A stretch of DNA of 64,000 nucleotides from Candidatus Eiseniibacteriota bacterium (GTDB lineage: Bacteria > Eisenbacteria > RBG-16-71-46 > CAVPCR01), in contig CAVPCR010000001.1 in assembly GCA_963702435.1 (NCBI GenBank), positions 320,001-384,000 on the forward strand. Direction: 5' to 3'. The position numbers and the translations under genes are program-made. Of the stretch, positions 30,514 to 41,234 are shown in pieces (position 1 is the stretch's first letter; every line of letters begins with the position of its first letter). Under the pieces are notes generated by a model, which had not been told where the DNA came from, ran no database searches, and saw nothing but the letters and a program-made list of their open reading frames with translations.

Positions 30514-32100
30514 CTAGCGGCCGCGCACGACCTTCCGGATCGCTTCCTCCCCGCCCGCCTCGAGCTTCACGAGGTAGACGCCGCGCGGCAGGCGGGGATC
30601 CGCGCGCCACGTCATCCGCTGCGGGCCGCGCTCGAGCGAACCCGAGTAGAGGCGCGCGATGAGCCGCCCCGCCGGATCGTAGACCGCGAGCGACACGTCA
30701 CTGCGCTCCGGCAGGTCGAAGGCAACGGCCACGGGCCCGGCGGCCGGGCTCGGAAAGACGGTGAGATCGAAGCGCGCCGGCGGCGCGAGGGCCACGGCGG
30801 TCTCCTGCGGGTAGTACTCGAACGCGCCGATGTCGTAGTACCTGACCGGCGGGAACCCGGTATCCGGCACGTACGGCACATCGAAGCGCGGACGCCCGAG
30901 GAAATCATGCTCGGGCATGCTGTCCGAGAAGCCGGCGTCGATGGCGGGCGAGTCGTCGGTCAGGCTGAAGATGTAGCCGGGCGCATCCACGAAGCGCGGA
31001 TCCGCGTTGGAGTTGGGAGGGGAGCCCGGGTAGGCGGGATCGCAGTCGAGGATCGAGCACCACACGGTCACCGTCGAGATCGAGTCGTGATAGACCGGCG
31101 CCGGGGCATTCCAGCCGATCGAGTTGGCCACGTAGACATCGGCTCCCCCGGCCCACGTGTACCGCTCGTAGGCGGAGAACGACGCCGCCCGGCAGTTGTA
31201 GGCGACCGAGTTGAAGACGGTGAGCGCGGAATGGGCGGTGGCGACATAGCCCTCGTTGGCGCCGGAGATCACCGCGTTCTCGACGATCACCGTGAAGTCG
31301 CCCTCCATCCGCCCCGAATTCCGGCTCACCGAGATGCCCTTGTCGTTGACGTTGTAGGCCTCGAAGCTACTGATCCTGACCGCCCCCATGTGGTCCATGT
31401 CGAGACCGTCGTCACGGCCGTCATGAACCACGTTGTTGTGGAAGACGAGCTCGGCCTGGTTCAGGCTGTCGAACTTGTAGGCGTCCTCGTTGCAGTCGAA
31501 GACGCGGTTGTCCACGACCGTCGACCGGCAGTGGTCCCAGCAGTTGACCCCCTGGCGGCCCAGGTGCGTGAGCAGGTTCCGGCGGAAGATCAGATTGCCG
31601 CCCTGGAACTCGGTGGCGTCGACGCCCGAGCGCGTGAGGATGCAGTCCTCGACGATCGTCGTGCCGAGGGCGTTGGAGATGAGCCCCTCGTGCAAGGTGA
31701 CGTAATCCTGACGGCTTCCCCACTCGACCCGGCAGTGGCGGAAGGTCATGGTGGCGAAGAACCCGCAGATGGCGCCCCACCGCGCGCTCGTGTTGCGGGT
31801 GAAGACGATCGTCGAGTCGGGCGTGCCGACGGCCGCCACGGTCGAGTTGTCCACGATGAGCGACTGGTTCGCGTCGAAGCGTACCTCGACGCCCGGGTCG
31901 ATCGTGAGTGTCGCGCCCTCGCGCACATGCACGTTCACGTAGACACAGTAAGGCGACCCGGCGATGTCCCAGGTCGTATCGGTGGTGATCCAGCCGCCGA
32001 CCGGAGTGCAGGCCGCGGCGGGGCCGGGGCCGAGCAACCGGATGAAGAGCAAGGCAAGGGCGACCGGGAGCGCGCCCGGCTGCGCGTCGTCCAATGGCAT
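30514..32100 (-). CDS. Secreted right-handed beta-helix protein with FlgD-like tail
   Basis: TTWDIAGSPY, GATLTIDPGV, DPRFVD...SPAIDAG...DIGAFE; PSP...GVYLVKL tail. Confidence 0.83.
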   Translation of the reverse strand: MPLDDAQPGALPVALALLFIRLLGPGPAAACTPVGGWITTDTTWDIAGSPYCVYVNVHVREGATLTIDPGVEVRFDANQSLIVDNSTVAAVGTPDSTIVFTRNTSARWGAICGFFATMTFRHCRVEWGSRQDYVTLHEGLISNALGTTIVEDCILTRSGVDATEFQGGNLIFRRNLLTHLGRQGVNCWDHCRSTVVDNRVFDCNEDAYKFDSLNQAELVFHNNVVHDGRDDGLDMDHMGAVRISSFEAYNVNDKGISVSRNSGRMEGDFTVIVENAVISGANEGYVATAHSALTVFNSVAYNCRAASFSAYERYTWAGGADVYVANSIGWNAPAPVYHDSISTVTVWCSILDCDPAYPGSPPNSNADPRFVDAPGYIFSLTDDSPAIDAGFSDSMPEHDFLGRPRFDVPYVPDTGFPPVRYYDIGAFEYYPQETAVALAPPARFDLTVFPSPAAGPVAVAFDLPERSDVSLAVYDPAGRLIARLYSGSLERGPQRMTWRADPRLPRGVYLVKLEAGGEEAIRKVVRGR

Positions 32101-32393
32101 GAGCCCTCCTCCCAGGCGGCCAGTGAGGACTCGACCATCGTACCACCGGCCCACCTGCGAGCGGACCGCCCCGGACCGAGGCCTTCGCTCGCCCTCGCCG
32201 TGAGACGACCGCGCCCGCGGTGCAACCGGCGCTGAAACTGCGAGTTGCAGCGAACGCGCGCGGCTCGCTCCGGGACCGGGGTCGCCCGGACTTCGCGGCC
32301 CCCAGGGTCTCGGTTCGGCGTAGAATAGAAGGAGCAGGGTGCCGATCCTGGCAAAGTCCCGCGGGCTGCCGCCCGGCAGCCAAGGAGGGAACC

Positions 32394-33536
32394 ATGCGAC
32401 TCTCAGTGCTCCTCGCCTTCCTTCTCGCCCTGTCCGCCCCGGCCACCGCCGATGTGATCGAGGTCCCCGGGGATTTCCCGACCATCCAGCTCGCCGTCGA
32501 CAACGCGCTGCCCGGCGATGAGATCCGGATCGCGGCAGGAACGTACATCGAGAACGTGCAGCTCACCTCGCGCCGGGATCTCGTCATTCACAGCGTATCC
32601 GGACCCGACGTGACCATCGTCGATGGGAACCTGCTCGGGGCCGCCTTCAGCCTCTACCTGTGCCAGCGCATCACGATCGCGGACCTCGGCATCCGCCGCG
32701 GCGACACCGGCCTGCGCGTGCACGATTCGACGTCGATCGAGATCACGGGATGCACGATCGAGGACAACGTATCGACCGGCGACGGCGGCGGCATCTGGGC
32801 CATCGGCTCCAACATCGCGATCGAGAACAACCGGATCCTCGACAACTCGGCCAACGTGGGCGCGTCTCTCGACGGCGGTGGGATCTACTGCTTCGTCACC
32901 TCGGGCGTGATCGCCGACAACCTCTTCCGGGGGAACCGCGCCCAGGAGGGCGGCGGGATCATCATCAACAGCTCCACCGTTCCCTTCCTGGACGTGGTGC
33001 GCAACCTGTTCGTCGACAACGAGGCCACCTGGTACGGGGGCGCCGTCTACGTGAACCGGGGGACCCGGCCGGAGATCACCCGGAACACCCTCGCCGGCAA
33101 CCGGGCCGGAGTCTCGGGTGCGGGCATCTGGTACACCGAGATGAGCGAGGCGGCGATCTCGAACAACATTGTGGCCGGCAACACCGCCCCGCTCGGCGGC
33201 GGCATCATGGCCTTCCTGCCGAGCGCGGCCGCCCTCTTCACCTGCAACGATGTCTGGGGCAACGCGGGCGGCGATTACGCGGGATACGTGGTCGATCCGA
33301 CCGGCAGCGCCGGCAACATCTCGGCCGACCCCCTGTTCTGCGGCGCGAGCCTCGGCGACTACCGCCTCGATGAGAATTCCCCCTGCGCGCCCGACAACTC
33401 GCCGGGCGAGTGCGGCCTGATCGGCGCGCTCGACGTCGGCTGCGGAGTCACCGCGGTCGAGCCCGCGACCTGGGGCGGCATCAAGGGGCGCTACTCGACC
33501 GCGAAGCGCAGCGGAGGCGAGAGCGAGAATCAGTAA
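32394..33536 (+). CDS. Secreted parallel beta-helix protein with TWGxIK motif
   Basis: Signal peptide, VPGDFPTIQ, GGGI repeats, ADPLFC, VTAVEPATWGGIKGRY. Confidence 0.87.
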   Translation: MRLSVLLAFLLALSAPATADVIEVPGDFPTIQLAVDNALPGDEIRIAAGTYIENVQLTSRRDLVIHSVSGPDVTIVDGNLLGAAFSLYLCQRITIADLGIRRGDTGLRVHDSTSIEITGCTIEDNVSTGDGGGIWAIGSNIAIENNRILDNSANVGASLDGGGIYCFVTSGVIADNLFRGNRAQEGGGIIINSSTVPFLDVVRNLFVDNEATWYGGAVYVNRGTRPEITRNTLAGNRAGVSGAGIWYTEMSEAAISNNIVAGNTAPLGGGIMAFLPSAAALFTCNDVWGNAGGDYAGYVVDPTGSAGNISADPLFCGASLGDYRLDENSPCAPDNSPGECGLIGALDVGCGVTAVEPATWGGIKGRYSTAKRSGGESENQ

Positions 33537-34186
33537 TTCTCGACCGGGCTCTTCTCGAACCACCAGAAGGGGTGGATCAGCACGCACAGGCGGTCGTGCC
33601 GGCCCAGGTGATTGCAGAGGCAGCCTTCGCGCCAGCGACCGTTCGAGTCGGAGAGGTACTTGAACCCCTCCAGAAACCGGGGCAGGTACGCCTCGTAGCG
33701 GAGACCAAAGGTCGCGATGTTCTCCTCGGTCACCGTCCGGCCGCTCTTGGCCGGAAGATGGGCCGCGGCGGATGCGACCGGGCGGCCGAGGAGCGCCTCG
33801 ATCATCGCCTTCTCGCGATGGAGCATCGCGGCCGGGTCCTCGCCGGCGGCATCGGCGAAGCCCGGCTCGTAGTGCAGCCCGATCTCGTGGCCCAGCGCCA
33901 TGATCTCGCGCAGCTTCAGGTAGGTGTGGTACTCGAACGGGTTGTAATAGTGGGCATGGAGGCGCAGGAAGTAGGTCGAGCGGATGCCGAGCTCCACCTC
34001 GACGCGGGCGAAGTTCAAGGCGAGATCGACCGAGAAGTCGATGTCGTGCCGCATCAGGAAGAGCCGCTGCGCGGTCACCGTCTCGTGCTCGGCGAACGTG
34101 GCGAAGCGATAGCCGTGCGATAGGGCGGTCTGGATGAGCTCGCGATAGTGGGCGATCCGGAACCCGCCGCAGGCCGGGTCGGTCAT
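33530..34186 (-). CDS. Polysaccharide deacetylase-like protein
   Basis: MRHDID, STYF, GHEIGLHY, YLSDS, LIHPFWW. Confidence 0.8.
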   Translation of the reverse strand: MTDPACGGFRIAHYRELIQTALSHGYRFATFAEHETVTAQRLFLMRHDIDFSVDLALNFARVEVELGIRSTYFLRLHAHYYNPFEYHTYLKLREIMALGHEIGLHYEPGFADAAGEDPAAMLHREKAMIEALLGRPVASAAAHLPAKSGRTVTEENIATFGLRYEAYLPRFLEGFKYLSDSNGRWREGCLCNHLGRHDRLCVLIHPFWWFEKSPVENY

Positions 34187-35241
34187 GGCTTGGCTCCCGT
34201 CTGGCGCGCCAGGCCGCGCAGGGCCAGCAGCGGCGCCGGCGCCAGCGCGCGGAACGGCCGGCCGGTGAAGATCCTGATCCCGCTCCGGCGCAGGAAGTCC
34301 CGGACATCCTCTCCGATCGGACCGCCGGCGCCGCTTGCGGTCATCGCCTCGAGATCGAATGAAAGAGGCGCCGGCGGCTCCCCGCTCACGATCACGCGGA
34401 GCGGCGGCCCGGCCTCGATCCGCACCGAGATGCGCTCGCCGCCGTACTCGAGCTGGATCTCCGGGGAGCCCGCGCCCGGCTCGGCCAGGACGCGCGCGCC
34501 CTTCCAGTCGAGCGTCCGTACGTAGCGCGAGAGGATGTCGAGAACGAGCGCCTCGCGCTCGCGCGATCCGAGACTCCTGCGGACGTCGGCCTTGAGCACG
34601 CGCGCGGGAATCCCCCCGACCAGGCTGTACGGCGGAGTGTCCGTGCCGACCACGGAGCCCGCCGCCACGGTGGTCCCGCGCCCGAGCGTCACTCCGGGCA
34701 GGATCACTCCCTTCACGTACACGACCACATCGTCCTCGATGGTCACCGGCGCGAAGCGGTACGGATAGCCCTCGAGCACCGGCTGCCAGCAACCATGGGT
34801 GAGGACCACGGCGTCCGCCGAGAGCGCGCAGCCCTGGCCGATCGTCACCGATTCCGAGAGATTGACATAGGCGCCGTCGAAGAACGACGTATGGTCGCCG
34901 ACCGCGAGGTTCGAGTCGGGACCCTGCGATCCGCCGCCCCCGATCACGACTCGACGCGTCGACCAGAAGTAGGCGCCGAAGCGGAGATGCCGGCCGGTCG
35001 CACGAAGCCCGGGACCCAGGATGCTCTGCGGACCGAGGCTCAACTCCTCGATGGCGGTCACCTCGACATCGCCCGCCACCTCGCTGCCGGCGGCGAGATG
35101 GATGCGGCCGCCCGTCAGGTTCGTGCGCTCCCCGATGCGGACGCCTTCCTCGATGCGGAGGTCGTGGGCCACGATGCGGGCGCTCGACCCCAGCTTGGCG
35201 GACGGGTGGATGGCGGACGTCCCGACGCACAGGTCAGCCAT
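34183..35241 (-). CDS. Hexapeptide-repeat acyltransferase
   Basis: Left-handed beta-helix repeats, ILPGVTLG, GGIPAR. Confidence 0.85.
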   Translation of the reverse strand: MADLCVGTSAIHPSAKLGSSARIVAHDLRIEEGVRIGERTNLTGGRIHLAAGSEVAGDVEVTAIEELSLGPQSILGPGLRATGRHLRFGAYFWSTRRVVIGGGGSQGPDSNLAVGDHTSFFDGAYVNLSESVTIGQGCALSADAVVLTHGCWQPVLEGYPYRFAPVTIEDDVVVYVKGVILPGVTLGRGTTVAAGSVVGTDTPPYSLVGGIPARVLKADVRRSLGSREREALVLDILSRYVRTLDWKGARVLAEPGAGSPEIQLEYGGERISVRIEAGPPLRVIVSGEPPAPLSFDLEAMTASGAGGPIGEDVRDFLRRSGIRIFTGRPFRALAPAPLLALRGLARQTGAKP

Positions 35242-35359
35242 GCAATGCGCTCCGGTTCAGGTTCGCCTCGATTGCGCGGACGAGGCACGGTGCACGCGGA
35301 CGAGGCACGGTACACGCGGTCGAGGCGGTGCGTCAAGATGCTGCAGCGCACCGGCGACT

Positions 35360-37774
35360 TCACGACCCCGACGTCTCGAGCCCCAGCTCGCGCCTGATCG
35401 CGCCGAAGTCGAACCGCTGCCCCGCGGGGAGCCGCGACTCCCGGTGCTCGATCTCCTTGAGCAGGAGATCCACCTGCTGCCGGCCGAGCTTCGTCCGCAC
35501 GGCTGCGCGCGCCGTCAACCCGTCGAGCGCGGGGAGGGGGTGATCGACCCAATCGGCATAGTGCTTCGCCTTGAACTCACGGACGACTCGATCCATCTCG
35601 TCGGACGCGGGCGCTGGTGGCGGCGGAGCCGCGGGCGCGCCGTGGCCGTCCTTCATCGAGGCGCGGGGATCGCTGTGCTCGCGGGCGCGATGGCGGATCA
35701 ACGGCCCGAGCGATGATTCGAGGGACGCGCGCATCGCATCCGCCCTGTTGATCGAGTTGGTCTCCACGCGAAGCGCGTTCCCGGCAACCGTGACATGTCC
35801 GATGACGGTGGTCTCCCCGCTCGAGTGGATGCGATTGCCCGGTCGGCTGAAGACATAGACCGCATCGTCCGCGCCGCCGCCGGGCGACTCCTCGACGCCT
35901 TTCATCGTGGCCAGCCGGCGCCGGATCTTGGCCCGGTCCACGGGATGGAACGCGAAGTGGTCCGCGGTCAAGAGGAGGGGATCCCCATCGGTGTTCACGA
36001 GCGTGGGCGGGCGCGCGACTCGTTCGTCGGCGTCCGCCAACGCCTCCTCCCAGCGGGCGATCAGATAGCGGCCGATCGCCTCCTCCTGCATCCGCTCGAT
36101 CGGGATGCTGCTCTTCCGCCGCAATCGACCGCGCGCCCGCTGGACCACGCTGCTCGCGTCCCTGGGCGAGAGCGAGCGGTGATAGACGCCGAATAGCATC
36201 GAGGTTCCCGCGTGGTCGACCACGCGCGCGAGCACGGCATCCCGCTTGACGAGGGACCTGGAAGCCGTCGCCTCCTGCACCACGCGGACCTCGTCGGTAA
36301 GGAGATCTCTCAGGGTCAAGGTCCGGCCGGGCTCGACGGCCTGCACTTCCCACACCGAGAGCCAGGCGGCGCGCTGTGCGTTCATCCAGGCGCGCTCGCG
36401 CGCGGAGAGCTCGCGAGCATGCTCCTCGAGGAACCAGTCGATGATGGGCTTCCCATCGATCTCGTGATGATAGAGCGCCCACGGGCCGAGAAGCCCGTGC
36501 GGTACGGACCGATCTGCGAATGCCTCGGCAGCGGGGGCCGCCCAGCCCGGTCCGAAACGCCGCCGGGCGTACTGGCTCATGCGCTCGACGAGTTGCGAGT
36601 CGAGTTCGAACCCGACTGGAGGCGTGCCGGCGGTGGCGCCGGGAGCCTCGTTGACCGCGAGCTCGGCCGCGGAGGCCTCATCGGCCGCGAGGTCGGCGGC
36701 TCGCGCCTCGTTGACGGCGAACTCATCGGCCGCCTCGCAAGGTGCGGTGATCCGCACTTCGATGCCGTCGTCGTCGACGTACGACTCGCACACCGGATCG
36801 AAGAGATCCTCGGCGAAGATGGCCCGATGCCTGGTGAAGAAGGCGGCCAGCGCTGAGGCGCAGGCGGTGACGATGCGGACATCCCGCTCCGCGAGCGGCC
36901 GCTGGACCCCGTCCGGATCCTGGTACTCGACCGTCGGATAGGCGCGCGCGTCGCAGACCGGCCAGCCGTGTTCCAGCGCCTCACGATGCATGGAGGTCGG
37001 AAGATCGGATCCTGCATCGTAGTTGAGGGAGAGGATCGTGGTCCCCATGTCGAACGGCGCATCGTGCGACTGCTCCGCCTCGACCCGTTCGAGAACTCCC
37101 TCGAACGCCTCGAGCGAGGGGAAGAGGATCAACCCGGTGCTCTCGCCGGCGTTGCCGATGATCGAGAGACATGCCCCCACGACATCGTAGGCCGGGATGT
37201 CCACGCGCAGGACCTGGGTGTCGGCGGCCACCTTCCAGGGCGCGAGACGGTAGAGGACATCGGCCGCGCGGAAGAGAGACGCCACCGCCTCGATCCCGAC
37301 CCGACCGTTCTCGAAGTAGCTCGGTTCCTCGCTGCCGTCGTCCTCGGCGCCGGCATCCCCGGATGCCGCCATGTCTTCCGCCACAGCATTGGACATGAGT
37401 TCGAGCACGTCGTGGATCTCGGGAGTCGGAGCCTCGACGACTCGCGCATCGGGGAGGACCCGCCGCACCTCCGCGGCCAGGCGCGCGTCGGCCACCCGCA
37501 CGCTGGCCGGGCGCCGCGGTCGGCCGATGAGCGGCGACTTCATGGCATCGAGCAGCGAGGCGCCGAAGGAAACAGGAGGCTCCACGGGGTCCTTCAGGTG
37601 GAAGGACACCACCGAGAGGCCGGGCATCTCGATCCAGAGGGTCATTTCCGGGCGGTACGGCTCGCCCTCGGCAACGTAGAAGGGAGCGGCGACCCGGCCG
37701 CCGATCCACTCGAGCCCGCGGGGAGCGGTGCGCCCGGGCCCACCCCGCTGCTTGCTGCGCGCATGGGTTCCCAT
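35360..37774 (-). CDS. Large hypothetical protein with C-terminal Xre/MbcA/ParS-like motif
   Basis: 804-aa ORF ending WVDHPLPALDGLTARAAVRT...VDLLLKEIE...IRRELGL. Confidence 0.65.
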   Translation of the reverse strand: MGTHARSKQRGGPGRTAPRGLEWIGGRVAAPFYVAEGEPYRPEMTLWIEMPGLSVVSFHLKDPVEPPVSFGASLLDAMKSPLIGRPRRPASVRVADARLAAEVRRVLPDARVVEAPTPEIHDVLELMSNAVAEDMAASGDAGAEDDGSEEPSYFENGRVGIEAVASLFRAADVLYRLAPWKVAADTQVLRVDIPAYDVVGACLSIIGNAGESTGLILFPSLEAFEGVLERVEAEQSHDAPFDMGTTILSLNYDAGSDLPTSMHREALEHGWPVCDARAYPTVEYQDPDGVQRPLAERDVRIVTACASALAAFFTRHRAIFAEDLFDPVCESYVDDDGIEVRITAPCEAADEFAVNEARAADLAADEASAAELAVNEAPGATAGTPPVGFELDSQLVERMSQYARRRFGPGWAAPAAEAFADRSVPHGLLGPWALYHHEIDGKPIIDWFLEEHARELSARERAWMNAQRAAWLSVWEVQAVEPGRTLTLRDLLTDEVRVVQEATASRSLVKRDAVLARVVDHAGTSMLFGVYHRSLSPRDASSVVQRARGRLRRKSSIPIERMQEEAIGRYLIARWEEALADADERVARPPTLVNTDGDPLLLTADHFAFHPVDRAKIRRRLATMKGVEESPGGGADDAVYVFSRPGNRIHSSGETTVIGHVTVAGNALRVETNSINRADAMRASLESSLGPLIRHRAREHSDPRASMKDGHGAPAAPPPPAPASDEMDRVVREFKAKHYADWVDHPLPALDGLTARAAVRTKLGRQQVDLLLKEIEHRESRLPAGQRFDFGAIRRELGLETSGS

Positions 37775-37917
37775 GCGGCGGATACTAGCGGACCGGGCCC
37801 GGGAGGTCGACCGGACGACGTGGGCCGGGAGTCAGGCGGACATCGACCGGTGTGGTTCGTAGGCCGGCGCGGTTGTGCTGTGGGAGCTATCGAGATGCAC
37901 GATGCCTCGCAGGCCGG

Positions 37918-38738
37918 CTAGCCAGCGCCCCGCCACCGGTCGCCAGGGAGAAGCGGGAGGATCACGCGCTGGACATACAAAGCGGCCTCGTCGTTGCTCC
38001 AGTCGACGTCCGGTGCGACAAGGGGCGTGATGTCCGAGAGAAACAAACGTGTCATCGGAGAGCTTTTCGTGGAGGTTCATCTCAAGTTCGGCACGAGTAA
38101 CCCGCTTCCCCTCGTGCTCGAGGCAACGCGTGAAGCACTCGACGACTCGGGCCGGGGAGACCTGTGCCGGGCGGCCGGCGATGAAGAGATCGAAGAGGTC
38201 ACGACCCTTCTTGCGCTGATACAAGGCCCGCAGCTTTGTGCCGAGCAGCTCATCGAGCCGGTACGTTCTCACGGTTGCGGTCCCCTCGAACCACCGCGAT
38301 CGCACAGCGAACTCACGTTCTATGGCTCCGAAGACCGTGAAGTGCTCACGGGAGTTGATCTCGATCTTCAGCCGCATCGGGACTGGGGACTGCCCCTCGG
38401 AGTTCATCCGATAGATGAGGGCGATGCGCCCTTCCTTGATAGTGCGCCGAGGAAAGCCAAGCCATGGGTCGAGCGCGCGCCGGATCGCGCCGAGGACGCT
38501 GCCGATAGGCCCAGCATTGACCTGCACGAGATCGATGTCCTCGGAGTAGCGAGTGGCCGGCCGAATGTGGAGCTTATAGAGCGCTGTCCCTCCGCGGAAG
38601 GCGAGGAGTCGCGCGATCGCGGGCTCGGCGAATATGGCGAGGATGGCACGTGAGACGATGAGATCTTGCTCGACCTGTGCCTCGATCGTCCATGGAGCCT
38701 CAGCACGACCATTCTGTGATGTAGTCGAGCGGAATCAC
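37918..38738 (-). pseudogene. AbiEii nucleotidyltransferase toxin, frameshifted near 38709 and 38045
   Basis: Reconstructed MIPLDYITEW/RAEAPW...VEQDL...FRGGTALYK...RYSEDID...KLRALYQRKKGRDLFDL. Confidence 0.85.
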
Positions 38739-39608
38739 ACGTCCTTCTCCACCGCTTCGTTCACGATGAGCCTCCAGCGTGAGTCGCGCGAGGCTCGCTG
38801 CTATCGACTTCCTCGATCGAAACGGCACGTACTCCTTTGCCTGAGACGCCACATGGTCGGCTAGCGGAGCCGCAAGGGTGGCGGCTTCGACTTGCTCGAG
38901 CAGGTAGCCGAGGCGCTGCGCCCACGGGATTGGCGAGTGCTGAGTCTCCGCGAGCAGCTTCGCGGGATCCATGATCTCGGCGAGTTCGGCGAGGATGGTC
39001 GCAACGTTGGACAGGCCGCCAGCGTGGCTCGGATAGCCGACAAGGTCGAATGCCGTGGCTTCTGGCGTCGAAACGCGCAGAATGCCGCGCAGCGTAATCT
39101 TCCGCACGATCGGGACTTCGCTCACGTTGGCGCGCGCCACGAACTCAGCGCGCACCCGACCGCGGCGGATCTCTGGACGGTTTGTAGCTACGACCGCCTG
39201 GAAGATCATGGGTGCCTGGTGGGCCGCGCCATGCAGGCTCGCTGCAGTGAGCAGGCCAACGTAGTAGGCCAGACCGGAGATGGTCCATGAGCTGCGGCAC
39301 GAACTGCTCGGCGGGCAGGCACCCGAGCGCCCGGTGCTCGGGCGGGACGATTGTCAGCAATCGCGCTATAGGTAGCCACTGATTTCGCGGATAGGTGGCC
39401 AGGCGATTTCGCCGCATAGGGAGCCAGCCGTTTTCGCCCGATAGGTAGCCACCCATTTCGCTGGGAGGGAGCCAGGGGGGCGGGACCGGGGCTCGAGTCG
39501 GACCCGGAGCGCGAAGGACCGGCGGCGGGACGGGGTGGCGGGGTGCGGTGGTCCTTCCCGCACACGGGGTACCTTCCTTGGAGGCTTATAACCAGGGAGG
39601 GTAGCCCC

Positions 39609-41234
39609 GTGGCAGGAAGGAGACTGATGACACTCGACGTGCGTGAACTCGTGCGCCGGCTGCGCGCCGGCCAGACCGACCGGGCGATCGCTCGCGACCT
39701 CGGGATCGCCCGCAAGACGGTGGCCAAGTACCGCCGACTGGCCGAGGACGAGGGGCTCCTCAGCGGGCCGCTCCTCGACGTCGCGGCGCTCGACCGCCTG
39801 CTCCAGAAGAGCCTGCCAGCACCGACCTTGCCCCGTCAAGTGTTCAAGGCGGCACCGTTTGAGGCCCTGATCAAGAGCTGGCGGGAGCAAGGAGTGGAGT
39901 CCAGCGCGATCTTCGAGCGGCTGCGGGAGCAGAAGAAGTTCACTGGGAGCTACTCGGCGGTGCATCGCTACGTGCACTTCCTCGAGGGGGATGAGCGCGA
40001 GGCCTTCGTGCGCATCGAGGTCGAGCCCGGCGAGGAGGCGCAGGTCGACTTCGGCTATGCAGGCCGGATGTTCGATCGGAAGACGCAGAAGCTGCGCAAG
40101 GCGTGGGCGTTCGTGATGACGCTGTCGCACAGTCGGCACCAGTACGCCACCTTCGTCTTCGACCAGTCGGTCGCGACCTGGCTGCGCTGCCATCAGGAGG
40201 CGTTCGAGTACCTGGGCGGCGTACCCAAGCGGATCGTCGTCGATAACCTGAAGGCGGCGATCGTCAAGGCGGTGCTCCATGAGCCCGTCGCCCAGCGCAG
40301 CTACCGGGAGTGCGCCGAGCACTACGGGTTCCTGATCTCGCCGTGCCGGCCGCGCACGCCGCGGCACAAGGGCAAGGTCGAGTCGGGCGTCAAGTACCTC
40401 AAGCGGAACTTCCTCGCCGGGCGCACGTTCTCCGATCTCGCTGCGGCCAACGCCGAGCTCCTCGGGTGGATCGAGCGGGTGGCCGGTCGGCGCGTCCACG
40501 GGACGACCAAGCAGCGGCCGCTTGACCGCTTCGTGGCGGTGGAGAAGACGGCGCTCCTCGCCCTCCCCGCCGCTCCCTACGATCTGGGAGTGTGGAAGAA
40601 GGTGAAGCTGCATCCCGACTGCCACGTCGTGTTCGATCACGCCTTCTACTCGGCGCCGCACCGGCTCATCGGCCAGCAGCTGTGGGTCCGCTCGAACGGC
40701 CGCGAGGTCGTGATCTTCCACGACTACACTCGGATCGCCACCAACGCCTGGGGGCCGCCGGGCACGCGGCGCACGATCCGCGATCACTTGCCGCCGGAGA
40801 AGGTGGCCGTCTTGATGGCCACCCCGCAGTACTGCCGGGAGCGCGCCCAGGCGATCGGCCCCTGCGCGGCCGAGCTCGTGGGCCAGCTCCTCGACGAGCG
40901 ACCGCTCGACCGGCTGCGCACGGTGCAGGCGCTCCTCCGGCTTGCCGAGCGCTACGGGACCCGGCGCTTCGAGGCGGCCGCGCGCCGCGCGCTCTGCTAC
41001 AGCGACATCCGCTACCACACGCTCAAGCGCATCCTCGAGCGCGGGCTCGAGGCCGAGCCGTTGCCCACAGGAGAGACCGCACCCCGCGTGGTCCCCCTCT
41101 TCGTCTTCGCGCGCGCCGGGTCCGAGCTGTTCCCTCACCAGGGAGGCATGGACCATGGATCTCAACTCGCAGTTGATCCCGAAGCTCAAGGCCTTGCGGC
41201 TGTCGGGGATCTTGGCGACCCTCGACATGCGTAA
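39609..41234 (+). CDS. istA: IS21 transposase IstA
   Basis: HTH, PGEEAQVDFG, VVDNLK, KGKVE. Confidence 0.95.
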   Translation: MAGRRLMTLDVRELVRRLRAGQTDRAIARDLGIARKTVAKYRRLAEDEGLLSGPLLDVAALDRLLQKSLPAPTLPRQVFKAAPFEALIKSWREQGVESSAIFERLREQKKFTGSYSAVHRYVHFLEGDEREAFVRIEVEPGEEAQVDFGYAGRMFDRKTQKLRKAWAFVMTLSHSRHQYATFVFDQSVATWLRCHQEAFEYLGGVPKRIVVDNLKAAIVKAVLHEPVAQRSYRECAEHYGFLISPCRPRTPRHKGKVESGVKYLKRNFLAGRTFSDLAAANAELLGWIERVAGRRVHGTTKQRPLDRFVAVEKTALLALPAAPYDLGVWKKVKLHPDCHVVFDHAFYSAPHRLIGQQLWVRSNGREVVIFHDYTRIATNAWGPPGTRRTIRDHLPPEKVAVLMATPQYCRERAQAIGPCAAELVGQLLDERPLDRLRTVQALLRLAERYGTRRFEAAARRALCYSDIRYHTLKRILERGLEAEPLPTGETAPRVVPLFVFARAGSELFPHQGGMDHGSQLAVDPEAQGLAAVGDLGDPRHA

